Shown: positions 10,632 to 21,997 of the stretch, piece by piece
How the letters are laid out: every line of letters starts with the position of its first letter
Numbering within the stretch: the stretch's first letter is position 1
Assembly (NCBI GenBank): GCA_946965045.2
Contig: OX337230.1
Location: 372,001 to 436,000, forward strand
Length of the DNA stretch: 64,000 nucleotides
Reading direction: 5' to 3'
Source of the DNA: Epithemia pelagica
Lineage: Eukaryota > Protista > Bacillariophyta
Notes under the pieces: model-generated
Told to the model about the DNA's origin: nothing
What the model saw: only the letters and a program-made list of their open reading frames with translations
The model's database searches: none
Made by a program: the position numbers and the translations under genes

Positions 10632-12481
10632 TTTCTTTTGTTGCAAACAATAGTGGAAGTATCCTTCAATGCTTTCTGCCTTCCGGAGGATCTTTTTTCC
10701 GGTGCTGTTGGTGCTCGGAGGGAAGTGGGAACAGTGGGGCTCTTTGGAAACCTCGAAACTCGAAACTCGATTTCAGAATCTTGGCAAGGTCGTTGGGGGA
10801 TTGCCAAGATTTGGGGGATTCGAGGTTGTGTTTTCGAGTTTTCAAGGGGACCATAACCTATTGGCTCAACCTCAAAACTCGAAACTCGATTTCAGAACTC
10901 AAAAACACATTCCGTGGACACAGGCCCTAAAAGACCAAAGACCTTCGTGCAAGATCCTGAATTCTCATCCTGAAACAATAAATGATCCGTTCATCCTTCA
11001 GCGTTCAGCGAGCACATCATCTACCATTCATTCCAGACCACAGCTCCCCCGTTAGTGTATAGATAGCCTAACTAGCCAGATGCACAGCTGGACACTGGAC
11101 ACGGAGCACTGATTGATAAACCGGCAAAATTCGTCTCTTGACAGTGGCTCTGTGATAAGCTATCGGATATGGAATACAAGCTGAAAAGTGCGGTCAAGAA
11201 GATGCTCGGTATAGCTTTAAGATTTGCTTGCCCTCAGATTTATGAATTCTCGAATCGACTTCCAGGTTCCAGGGTTACATGTTACATTCAGGATTCAGGA
11301 TTCAGGGCTCCTTTGAAGCAAGATCAATTTTATTCGTCAGAAGACTTCCGTTGAGAGTTTTTTGAAACTCAATTGAAGAGTTGAGAATTGAAGATCCCCC
11401 ACCATCAAAGCCCAGCCGCAAGGAATCAGGAATAGGACATACGACCACGAACTAGGAGCTAGCTAGGAGCTAGCTAGGAGTACTCATTACTCGTACAGAG
11501 TAGTAAGAATAAACCACCATACGAGTACTCGTCATTCGTCGTGTCTGCTCTCCCATCTCCATCTAAATCTAACATCTAACGTCTAATACGTGATCAAATG
11601 GTTTGATTTTGATGTTTCAAGCTTCAAGAGTGAATTGACGCCGCGTTGAATCATGCTTAGACTCATAGCAATACGGCTTATCGAGTCAACACATAATGGC
11701 TGATATCGTTTTGCCTATCGCTCAGGCACCTAGATTAATCAAACATATCTTTCTACCTATTCGTGATCCAATCGCCAAGTAGTCTAGAGGATATGGATAT
11801 GATGGTGTATCGGTCCTCAGTATCAAACTATTCGATATCTGATAGAGGGAAACTGGTCGGATACGGAGACTCGGAGTCTCCGGATGGAGTCTCCGGATGA
11901 TAAGTGTTTTAGTTTTTCCTGTGTTTCCTTTCCCTTCCTTGGTCGTTGACAGATCACGGTCGAACGTCCGCAATCCGCAATCCGCAACGGGTCGGCTAGG
12001 TCTTGGCTCCACACTTCACGATACCAATCATCCAACGACTAAGAAGGGAAGAACACAAAGAACACAACCCATCTCTGACACTTTTTATACGCTCCCAAAT
12101 TATAATTGAAATCTCCTCGGGGGAAACTTTCCAGTAAAAGGAGGAGTAAAGACGGAATGACCAATGACCATCGCCAAATGATAGTTCGCAAGTCTCTCTG
12201 CAATCTGCAATGCGCACGAAACAAACCAGAACAATCAGACCGATTCTGCATTGCCACGGTATAGAGTGTACTCGTAGCACTCGCTGATCACTGATTGATC
12301 ACAGTTTAGCTCATATTATAATTAATAGGAGTACAAAAATTGGGGATGCACCCACATTGACATTGCCCACACACGATCACTATCGACTATCGACAGGAGA
12401 TTATCACACGCTGTCAATTGACTTGAGCGCAAACGGAACTTTGGACCTTGACCTCCTTCACCACATGCTCCTTTGTTGGCC

Positions 12482-14872
12482 ATGATGAACAAGAAATCGA
12501 CACAAGAGGACGAAGACGATAAGCTTCTTTCGTCTGCCGAGGCCATGATGACAATGGGCGAAGGTTACTCGGTTTCTGCGCAACAGAAAATAGATATGCA
12601 TTCTAAGGCGCAAGAGGAAGGTAAAAAACGAGAAAACAAAGCACATAAAAGCATCCTTCTTCGCCGGAAAGAAGAGGAGGAAGCTGCAGCTTCGGCAGAA
12701 GTGGCTTCCACTCATAAGGAAAAGAACATTGTAAACAAGTGGAGCAACAATAGCGAGATTATCAGCAAACAAAAGAGCGGCCTTGGTAGCCCCAGCAGCA
12801 GTAAAAAGTCCATACAAGAAGATAAAAATGAAGCAGGTGCTGACGGAGGTATTGCAGTTCCTCGCGATAGCGATATCTTATCGGGAAGAGGCAAGTATGT
12901 GAATAGCCATCCAGGAAATGTTCGCTTTCGAGCCCTCGTGACAAAGCACAAAGTCGCCTATGTCTCGTGCCCCAAGCCTCAAAAGACTGCCTATGCTGAA
13001 CTGATTGTACACGAATTGCATCAAGAAGGAGCACGCTTTTTGAAGCAACGAGAGCCTTCCAAGAAAGACGTGGCGGCGACATCCAATAGCAGTGATAACA
13101 AGGGCCAGCTGAGCACTCATAAGCCTTCGCCGCATATGAAATGGTACGAATTGGATTTGAAGCAGGCATTGCTCAAGACTCGGCAGGCATTGCGTGAAGG
13201 GGCACCTCAAATTACTGAGCAGTTGCAGAACCATAACGAAGATGGAGTAAGTCGAGGGAGTAGCAGTGGAGAGGAAGAAGAAGTGGAAGTGGATGAGGAA
13301 AGTGAAGGAGGTAATGAACAAAGAAGAGCTAAGTTAAAAGGAGTTCCTTCTCCAGTGGAAAAGGGGTTATTCAAACGACCAGCTGGTTCTTTCCCCCCTG
13401 GTATGGAGTCTCGAGGCTTCAAGAGAGCTGCGCTCGATGCGCTCTCCTTCGATGCGTCAACTTCCTCCCTGCTTCGTCGCCACCAGCAGCATAATCCAAA
13501 TCAGTATGCGTTGAGAGCCAGTCCATCGACAGCCATGATTCTTTCCGCTTCTTCATCATCTCCAGAAGCATCGGCTGTGGCACGTATTTTGGCACAGCAG
13601 CAGCAACAGCAGCATTCGTTGTTGCAGCAACCACAAGCACCGCACCATCGCCAACTTCCTCCACAACTTCCCCTACCTCAAGGCCAGCACAATGCATCGT
13701 CTTCCTCTACAGGCCCTCCAAGTTCGTCACCCGCGCTTCTCTCAAGATCTGTGATTGGAGACTCAATGCCCATTTCCTCATCAAATCTGGGTTCGTCCCT
13801 CATGACGTCCGGTGCGGTTGTGGGTGGTCCCTCAACCACGCCGGTCCTTTACAGCGGAGCAGGTACCTCCAGTGTACTCTCTAGCTATCCAGGCGCTCAT
13901 CAAGCCTTGCCACATTCCCAGTTGCTGCAACAAGCGCAAACGTCCTCTTCGCCCGCTTCAGTGCTGCTGTCCTCGTCTCATCCGGGTGCAGTCTTAGCCG
14001 AGTCGCATCCTCCTCAGCAGTCAACGATCTTCCTTAATTCAGGAGCACCGGGTCCAAGTCATTCAGCTTCCGAAACGGCTCTCTTGGCCGCTCAAGCGGG
14101 TAACTCGGCAGAGATTCTGCTAGGTGGTCCTGGACAGCATGCTGCTGTAGCCCAGCCACTTCTCCACCAAACACAGTTGCAACCTGTTGCTAACGGTGCT
14201 TCTTCTGCATTTACCTCAGCGCCAGGTTCCACCCAGCTATCTAGCCTTTTACTACCGAGCCACGGTGCGTCCTCACTAGCCGGTGGCCACGTTCTAACCA
14301 ATGAACCAAACACCGCAGCGTCTCCGGCTATCATGATGCTCCTTCAACAACAGCAAGAACAGGACCAGTTTCTTGTTTCAGAACGTAATCGGCTGTTGGC
14401 GCAACATCGTGATCCGCTCGCATTGCATCCATTCAACGGAAGTTCCATTTACCATTCCTTGACACCGCAGCAGCAACTACAGCTTCAAGGCGGCACAGAT
14501 CTCCAGTCTTCAGTTGTAGGCACGCCTTCATTGGGCGGAGTTACGACTGTCTTACCACCACAACAGCACTCTTTGTTGTCTCTCTCAGCTCTACCTGCTG
14601 GAACTCTCCCGGTTTCCTTAACGGCAGGGCCATCTTCTTCGGGGACGCTGCCCGTGCTTTCCACTTCTGCGTTGCCCTTGGTCCATAATATGAGAACTGT
14701 ACCGGGTAACAACCTTGAGCAGGCGGCAGCACGTTCCGATGAAGATCCTTCGTCACGATCTCCCAGGCATCCTTCTACAATGGACGATGCTTCGCAGAGG
14801 ACCTCGAACACGGACCGTTCCTCGTCTTCTTCGGGTCCTCGTCGTCGTAACCGCCGTCCTTCGAATCCATAA
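12482..14872 (+). CDS. DUF6824-domain protein with Q/S/P-rich low-complexity C-terminus (possible transcriptional regulator)
   Basis: DSDILSGRG...HPGNVRFRALV...IVHELHQEGARFLKQ...WYEL...ALLKTRQALRE matches the diatom-expanded DUF6824 pattern. First ATG is at 12482. Confidence 0.8.
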   Translation: MMNKKSTQEDEDDKLLSSAEAMMTMGEGYSVSAQQKIDMHSKAQEEGKKRENKAHKSILLRRKEEEEAAASAEVASTHKEKNIVNKWSNNSEIISKQKSGLGSPSSSKKSIQEDKNEAGADGGIAVPRDSDILSGRGKYVNSHPGNVRFRALVTKHKVAYVSCPKPQKTAYAELIVHELHQEGARFLKQREPSKKDVAATSNSSDNKGQLSTHKPSPHMKWYELDLKQALLKTRQALREGAPQITEQLQNHNEDGVSRGSSSGEEEEVEVDEESEGGNEQRRAKLKGVPSPVEKGLFKRPAGSFPPGMESRGFKRAALDALSFDASTSSLLRRHQQHNPNQYALRASPSTAMILSASSSSPEASAVARILAQQQQQQHSLLQQPQAPHHRQLPPQLPLPQGQHNASSSSTGPPSSSPALLSRSVIGDSMPISSSNLGSSLMTSGAVVGGPSTTPVLYSGAGTSSVLSSYPGAHQALPHSQLLQQAQTSSSPASVLLSSSHPGAVLAESHPPQQSTIFLNSGAPGPSHSASETALLAAQAGNSAEILLGGPGQHAAVAQPLLHQTQLQPVANGASSAFTSAPGSTQLSSLLLPSHGASSLAGGHVLTNEPNTAASPAIMMLLQQQQEQDQFLVSERNRLLAQHRDPLALHPFNGSSIYHSLTPQQQLQLQGGTDLQSSVVGTPSLGGVTTVLPPQQHSLLSLSALPAGTLPVSLTAGPSSSGTLPVLSTSALPLVHNMRTVPGNNLEQAAARSDEDPSSRSPRHPSTMDDASQRTSNTDRSSSSSGPRRRNRRPSNP

Positions 14873-15262
14873 TCCTTCATGTGTCATCTCTATCCACGCC
14901 ACACGTACACACTTACCACCAAAGATTTTGTTTATGGGTCATTTTTGTTCCTACGACTCTCCCATGAATGACAAATGTCTTGCCTCTTTTGTTTTTCTCT
15001 CTTGCTATAGCTTGCGCAACAATGAGGAAAAGAGAGAGGCAGACGTCATAAGGGGGAGGTTTTTTTCATTCATCGTTGCCCTATTTCCTTGGTCTCTGTA
15101 CGGATCCACTGGAATATTCCAACTACTACATGTCTACATATATAAGTATACAATCGGATTGTTTTTGGGTAACTGGAGTTTTAGGGATACACTCTTTGTG
15201 AGATAGCTATGCTAATGAAAGCGCAAGATTTGTTGATCACGCGGTCTTAGCGGTCCTTTGTT

Positions 15263-15907
15263 TCACATCACTTCGGCGCTTGGAAATGCCATCGCAACAC
15301 GTTCGGATACACAGCAACAGGATTGTTCTTCCTGTCCCTGGTATGTGTCCTGTTGGAGGATTCCATTACGAACCTCCACGATGAACATGATGTGAGGGTA
15401 ACAAAAAAGAACCGGACAAGCCATGGCAAACCAATCTCTAAACATCAAGTACACCACTGCACGGGCAACCAATACGACGACATTGAGCGCCACCAACATC
15501 CCTTGAAAAGTCATGGCACCGAAGAGCGAAATGACGGCGGCCATGACATACATGAGCGTGAGTAACATGAATGCACCAATCTGAGTTTCCGCCTCTCTTG
15601 TTCGGATCATTAGACTGTCATCATTGACAGCAAAGGTGTAGTCATCGTTGGATTCCTCGTCTGATGCATACGTATGAGCGCGTTCCAGTCCATAGGTTTC
15701 CAGACTCAACATCAAGATTCCCGTCACAATCAAAAAGATGTCACACATGATGACTGCGCTTCTCATATCACAGCAACAGCCAAAACAGGAGTGGCCTCGT
15801 TTCACAGCACCAGCATTGGAATCATTGATATCCAATGCGGTGGCTGATTCCGCCGGAGAAGTAACATCCACGCAAACCACTTCATTGGAAGGTGTCTCGG
15901 AAGGCAT
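15263..15907 (-). CDS. Small multi-pass membrane protein with Cys clusters
   Basis: ATG at 15907. Contains HSCFGCCCDMRSAVI, about four hydrophobic segments and a C-terminal QSCCCV. Confidence 0.7.
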   Translation of the reverse strand: MPSETPSNEVVCVDVTSPAESATALDINDSNAGAVKRGHSCFGCCCDMRSAVIMCDIFLIVTGILMLSLETYGLERAHTYASDEESNDDYTFAVNDDSLMIRTREAETQIGAFMLLTLMYVMAAVISLFGAMTFQGMLVALNVVVLVARAVVYLMFRDWFAMACPVLFCYPHIMFIVEVRNGILQQDTYQGQEEQSCCCVSERVAMAFPSAEVM

Positions 15908-16658
15908 TCTATGAGAAGAGATAATGATTAATCTCCAACAAGAGAGAAGAGCTTTCTGGTGCGTGCAAATCGCAAACAATGACAACACTTCATCTCAATC
16001 TCCCAGCAGTTGCAAGTGTCCAGACATGTGCCATGGTGTCGCTACTGGATGCGAGTCTCAAAAGGAGCAACGAGCAAATCGTGAATCGCGTTCGCGGTTG
16101 CGGCCATGGTTCAAAGTCGATCGTGCGTGCTCTTGATTCTTCTCGAACAATCATCATGCGACAACCGAGAACACCCATTACAATTACTGGATGCGAGCTT
16201 CGACTTGTCCCTTCCCTGTTCCATGGTCGAACCTGGAAGGAGTAACGGGTAACTGGTGAGTCGCATTCGCGGATGCGTCCAAGGTCCAATCGCACAACCG
16301 CGTGATCAAAACGAACACGATAGTTCGTGGTCTTGCTTCTTCTTCAAGACAGGCGTCAGGCGACGACACCCGACACAAACATCCAGCACCAAAAGTAATG
16401 AGGAACGATTCTTTGTTGTGGCGCTGTTACGGCCTTGGATTCTGGAAAAAGAATGGACGTTCCACCATGTCCACACCTTTTTGTTCGAGCGCAAGGGCCC
16501 TCACACCGTCCATCTGTCACATCTCAATGCTGGCTACCCCATTCGCGCTGCTGTCAATCGCACTCTCTATACTGAATACAAGATTTGAACTGGAAGCACC
16601 TCAGGACTCGAGTTTAGCGTCGTGTGGCCAGTTTTGTTGGTCCAGAATGTGCTTCCAC

Positions 16659-18491
16659 TCACGACGACGAAAACAGTGCATGATAGGCCAATCCCAAAAA
16701 GGTAGCCACGGCATAGCCCAAATTTCCCACCAAGAGACTGGGAACCTTGAGGGATTCCCATTGGGAGGCTTCGGCCAAGGCCACGGCCGTGGCGGGGCCC
16801 CCAATGGCGGCCGATGAGGCACAGAGCAAGCGAGGAATTTCCAGACTTTGAGCCACCAAAGAGGACGACGACGAGGAATGGGGTTGCTCCGTTTCGTTTT
16901 CATGGTCTGTGGTAGGATTCGCCAACACTAGGGAATGCAACTTGTACAGAGCCCATAAAATGCCTCCATGAATACTATACAAGAGGGTCAAAAAGAGTCC
17001 CAGGGGTACCACCGAAGCTCGGACCGATTCGGCCACGGCCAATCCCGGTGCACCAGCTGTGGAAAAGAATACATAGAGTGCGACCGTTCCCATGACTTGA
17101 GCTGCCGGTCGGACGTGGGCCATCCAGGCTTGTCGACAATTGCTGGCCACCAACACGGTCAACAAGGTACACAAGGGCAAGGATGCTGCGGCACCGCCAT
17201 TGCTGCTGCTGGCAAACAAGCCCGCACCCAATCGTTGACCGCCATAGAGGAGGGAAGCGGCCACAAAGAGTGTTGCCGTGATTTGTTCCACCGTAATCAT
17301 ACCCTTTTCATCGTCCTCATTGTCATCCTTCTCAGTGACGGCGAGGAGAGCTTCGTTCGGTTCCAACATGTCTGTATCCTCAGGAATCGTACTAGTGGAG
17401 ATATCTCCATTGGTCGATTCGTCTTTTGGCGTCACGGAGGAACCTGTCGTTGTTGTAGTAGTTGTAGTGTTGCTAGTACATGCGGATTCCGTTTCCAGTG
17501 CTAGCGGCAATTCGTTGGATTCAGAGTCCGCCAATGGCGTCGTCCTCGTTTGTTGTTCTTCTTGTTGTGGTTGAATTCCAGGATCGGCTCGTCCGGCGGC
17601 CAAGTAGGATGTCGCCGGAAAGTAAAGGAGGGCAAAGACATTGTCGACGCACAATCCAGCGGCAATGGCGGTGGGGGAGGCCTGTAAGGTACTGCACACG
17701 GCCATGTAATTGAGTCCTCCCCCAATATTCTTGGCCATGAGAGCGGCCGCCAAAATCAACCCTTGTCCTTGTGGCAAGGCCTGGGTCAAGGACGATCCCA
17801 CGACCCACCAACCGACCACACACGCCGTGACGGTTGCCACTGCGGCATAGACAAAGGAGAGGAGGAGCGATCCACACCGTGGTACAATGGTTTGTCGACG
17901 CAAATCGGCTCCCAACAACACGAGTGGCGTGGCCAATTGCAAGGCCAATTGTTGCAAGGTTCGAGAGGCTTCGGTGCCACCGGCTGGTACAATGCCAATA
18001 GTGGCCATGACAAAGGTCAAGGCCATGGCCGTGACGGGTGGACCCAACAATTGACCGACTCGGGTCTTTTCTCCCAACACTTGTGCCACGGCCGCACTCC
18101 CCAACAAGGCCATCCAATTGCCCCATCGATCGTTCGGGCCAATCAAGGAAAAGGAGGACGACGATTCGTCCAACACTTGCAAAACAGTCGAGGAGGAGGG
18201 TACCTGCCAAACTCCTCGTCGAAGAATGGGGTGCAACAAGGGCATGGTAAGACGGCCTGTTGGTCTTCTTCTTTGTGTGAGTGGCCTCCCATTCTGGAGG
18301 CGTAAATTCAAGTGTGGCGATCGCGGTTCGGACCACAGGGGCAATGGAGAGTGCCAAGACGACGCCAAGTGGCCAAACCCGGAAACAGGGTGAGGGATGA
18401 TGTACAACAATATACCGAGCAGTATCAGCAGTTGCACCGAAGGAAACCGTCCATTGGGAGACATTGAATACTTTGCAGTGAAACGCCGCAT
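16659..18491 (-). CDS. DUF819-family multi-pass membrane protein, probably plastid-targeted
   Basis: Motifs WGNWMALLG, LLGPPVTAM, AAALMAKNIGGGLNY, SSAAIGGPATA and VGNLGYAVATFLG. The N-terminal hydrophobic stretch ends VSG-F, resembling a diatom bipartite signal. ATG at 18491. Confidence 0.8.
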   Translation of the reverse strand: MRRFTAKYSMSPNGRFPSVQLLILLGILLYIIPHPVSGFGHLASSWHSPLPLWSEPRSPHLNLRLQNGRPLTQRRRPTGRLTMPLLHPILRRGVWQVPSSSTVLQVLDESSSSFSLIGPNDRWGNWMALLGSAAVAQVLGEKTRVGQLLGPPVTAMALTFVMATIGIVPAGGTEASRTLQQLALQLATPLVLLGADLRRQTIVPRCGSLLLSFVYAAVATVTACVVGWWVVGSSLTQALPQGQGLILAAALMAKNIGGGLNYMAVCSTLQASPTAIAAGLCVDNVFALLYFPATSYLAAGRADPGIQPQQEEQQTRTTPLADSESNELPLALETESACTSNTTTTTTTTGSSVTPKDESTNGDISTSTIPEDTDMLEPNEALLAVTEKDDNEDDEKGMITVEQITATLFVAASLLYGGQRLGAGLFASSSNGGAAASLPLCTLLTVLVASNCRQAWMAHVRPAAQVMGTVALYVFFSTAGAPGLAVAESVRASVVPLGLFLTLLYSIHGGILWALYKLHSLVLANPTTDHENETEQPHSSSSSSLVAQSLEIPRLLCASSAAIGGPATAVALAEASQWESLKVPSLLVGNLGYAVATFLGLAYHALFSSS

Positions 18492-20925
18492 GGTGGTTCT
18501 CTCGCGTAGGTCTTTCTGACACAGGAGAGGACAACGCTTCGGGTCCTGTGGTGTGTTATCAACCAACAATCGTATCAATGTTGGATTGGACACGAATCCA
18601 GAAACTCTTCACTCTTGCTCAATTCTAATCAACGTTCAATCTATGACCAAAGGCCTTTTTTCTATATTCTCAACTCTTGTTCAGTCTCTGTCGCTCTCTG
18701 TTGGTGTCCAGAGGAGGATAAAGACCACACACACATTGTGGCATGTCTCATTGGCACTTGCCTGTCAAGGAAACAAAGCGCGAGCGAAAAAGATTCGTGG
18801 CTCCCAAAAGATTCCTCCATTTAAGAGCGACCCACATGCGCTACAAAGGATGCGGTCGCGGAATATAAACGGCTTCCGGGTGTGTAAACTTTTCTGTCAA
18901 ATCTCCTCACTTGGTAATAGGCAGGTAACAGGTAAGCCACCATCATCTTGTAATTGCGTCTCGACTGGATCCAAACACAACCGCAACAAGAGGGCGGACC
19001 ACGGATGCCTTTGCACTTCTTGCACAGAGACGCAACAATAGAACAGGACACATCGCCCTGTTACAACTTCACGATCCACCTTCCGGTCAAATTTCAGTCC
19101 CACACGCCTGTACCGACCCTGCATAACACTGGTTGCTTGGTCGTGCGTACAAGACCCCTTCTTACTTCTTACACGCAAGGTGAAGGGCTTGAGGGGGCTT
19201 TTCACAAAGTGATCTCTTGATCGAACCTACTCCTCTACAACTCTAACAGCCAAAAGATGATGATGTTGTAGGAATACATTCGAATTTTTTGTATCTAACG
19301 GCTAGAACCTAGGTAGAATATTCCGCAGCTTGCTTGTACTCCTAGAACCGAAAGGACATGGGAAGATTATTCGAAACAGCATTTGTGCAGCTCTTTCTCT
19401 CTAAGGAAGGACAACCCATGAATGAGATCGTCAGTATGGTTGGCGAAAGGAGGAACTGCCTCTTTTCGCACAAGAACTACCGTGCCTAGAGGTAGGAAGT
19501 CGACATGGCATAGCAAGTGCACCTGTTCACGAGGCAACATGGATGCTCTTTCGTGGGAATCGACGTCTACACATACATGGATCGCGAAGTAGCATGCTCC
19601 ACATGGTTGCTTTGGATGGCTCATTCTCGCAAATGAGTATTCGCAGAGTTGCAAGGAGAATGGTCGCGCAGTGTTGCAAGGAAAATGGTCGATTGTTCGT
19701 GTTGTTTCCTTTGCTTTTCGAGACACAATCCAAAAGCCCATGAGAGTGAGTGAGCTGATCCTCCATACACCAATATGTATAAAAAAGAACTGGAGGCAAC
19801 ACGAACTGTACGTCTCACGTATAAAACAGTTTACGGTTTGTTTGTTGTGGAAAGAGCTGGTTGGGACAAGATCTGTCCTTTCCACATAATGAGAACACTT
19901 GCATTCATCAACACCCTTCATATACCCATCCATCTACAATACAATGCCAATGATTGAGCTCGACCAGCAAAAAAATCGGTTCTTCATGTCCAAGTAGAAC
20001 AAAGACAAAAAGGAACGAGACAGACATCTTGTAAACCTTGGTTGTGACTCCACTCAGAAACCAAGAGATCGTGGCGTGAATGAGAACCTTTCAGAATTCC
20101 TTTCTCCCCTAAGTTGTCCATACTCGTAGTCACCTGGGCCTCCCTTCAATGGGATGGAACTTGGCGTCTCGGCTTGGTTGTGGCGCAAAATATGGGAGCA
20201 TCTGATTATTGGTTTTGTCCATTATTTTTTGTCATTCGCCATTCGCATTATCTTGTCTTCTCATTTGCATCCATTGACAATCGGCAAGGTCATTGTCTTC
20301 TCATTTGCAACAACGGACATCAGACTTTGTGGGGACGTTGTATGTTCCATCCTGTGAATCGGCCCAGTCGATTGCTTTTGGTTTGATCGTATCTGGTTGG
20401 GGCTATGTCTTCTAATTCTGATTTCAATTGACCCGTTGAAGAAGGAGTCCTTCCCAACCAAAAATGAGAACTTGCCGTAGAAAATACCAGGCGATCGTAT
20501 GTCATTTTATATGGAAAACTCACGTTAAATCATTGAGTTTGACATCCATTACAAACGAGAAGATCGCTAGATAGTTAAAAATGTGTTGGGTGATATTTTG
20601 AATGTTCCGTACAATTCTCGTCTCTTTCAAAGTTCGAATTTGTCTCACTTTTTGACGAACGATGCCGTACTGATCGTTAAAAACTCACCTCAACCAAACG
20701 ACAAGAGACAACCAAGGACAAACGGATGGCAAGAACAATAACAAGAAGAAATGAGACAACCGACACCAAACGAGTTCTCATTTGGTTCCCAAACCAAGCC
20801 CAAGACGAAACACATTATGGATTGGAGGATCTCACACAACCACTCATAAAAATTGACGGGCCGCAAACCCAAACGCAAACACACACAATCGTTTCTCTCT
20901 TGCCACTCCAAAATCGATCCACACA

Positions 20926-21491
20926 ATGGTACACGAACTTTCTTACAACACGACAGCTCTTGTCCTTGATAGCTGGGAACAAGTACGACGAAGAAAAGAA
21001 TTTGAAGTCGAGGTTGGGACAATTCTCTTCAAAAAGTAAGTCGCATACGGCTATGAAATTTGGCTCTTTGTCGACGAACCCGCTGTCTCTAACGATATCT
21101 TTCCAGCTTATTTAAAAACTCGCCCAAAACCCAAGTGCTCTTTGGCTTACCCAGTGACTTGGATCCCGAATCGTCCGAGCTCTTGGAGAGCAAACGATTC
21201 ACCATGCATGCCATTTACATGATTCAAATGTTGGATACGTCCTTGAATATGATTGGGCCCGATTTGGAACTCTTGACAGAAATCATGTACGATTTGGGCG
21301 TCAAACATGCCCGTTATGGTGTCGAAGAAAACATGTATGCCGTCATGGGAGTATCACTCATTACGGCTCTCAAGGAAACGTTGGGGAAGGACTTTACCGA
21401 TGTGACCGAAGAGGCATGGTTGGAAATGTACCGAGAACTCACCGATGACATGATACGGGGAGAACGATCCATGGAAAGGAAATACCGTTAA
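20926..21491 (+). CDS. Single-domain 3/3 globin, join(20926..21035,21107..21491), 164 aa
   Basis: Exon 1 encodes MVHELSYNTTALVLDSWEQVRRRKEFEVEVGTILFK. The 71-bp intron runs GTAAG...CTAAC...TTCCAG. Exon 2 encodes LFKNSPKTQVLFG...FTMHAIYMIQMLD...LGVKHARYGV...AW, with candidate distal and proximal His residues. Confidence 0.88.
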
Positions 21492-21997
21492 GAGAACAAG
21501 GCGCGCTCGCTACGATATCTTGAGTTGTTTTTGCATGTAACATTTATGGATTTGGCTATTAGTGCATCGCGAATGATTCACAGCATACCCCCGGCAATAT
21601 CAAGAAGTCTTGAAGGAAAACAGTAGGTGCTTGTCCTTTCTAGTCAACCGCAACCGACCACCAGGTCAGAGGATAACCAATCCAATTCTACCTAGTACCA
21701 TTCAAGACGACAACTGGGCTTCTGAAAACTGCAGAGTTAATACTTCTAGCATAGCATGAATTTCAATCAAATGTTCAGTTTCAACACGCACACAACGAAA
21801 ACAAAATAAACAAGCACAAACAACGCAGTGGGCGCGTGACTGCAACAGACTCTGCAGGGGCGCGGCAGGGGTAGCGATTCGGTCGTTGCAAGCAGGGTGC
21901 TGAGAAAGTCGTCCAGAGCCTGCCCTTTTTTATTCTTTCCAGTCTTGCTTGTTCCTTTTCAGTATCCAAAAAATGCCCATGATTCGCCTCTTCATCG

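Larger units (their letters stand above)
9725..10927. mobile_element. Non-autonomous PIF/Harbinger-like DNA transposon (1203 bp)
   Basis: ~59-bp terminal inverted repeats: 9725-9783 begins GGCCCTGTGTCCACGGAATGTGTTTT and 10869-10927 ends AAAACACATTCCGTGGACACAGGCCC. TAA flanks both ends (9722-9724, 10928-10930). A TAA TSD with GG(C/G)CC termini is typical of PIF/Harbinger. No transposase is present inside. Confidence 0.8.

Noticed and set aside
17521-18534. 337-aa alternative-frame ORF overlapping the DUF819 gene
   Set aside because: No recognisable motifs; stop-poor alternative frames are common in these GC-rich coding regions.
19367-19933. 188-aa minus-strand ORF and neighbouring short ORFs
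   Set aside because: No domain or coding-like composition could be recognised in any frame; possibly a decayed repeat.
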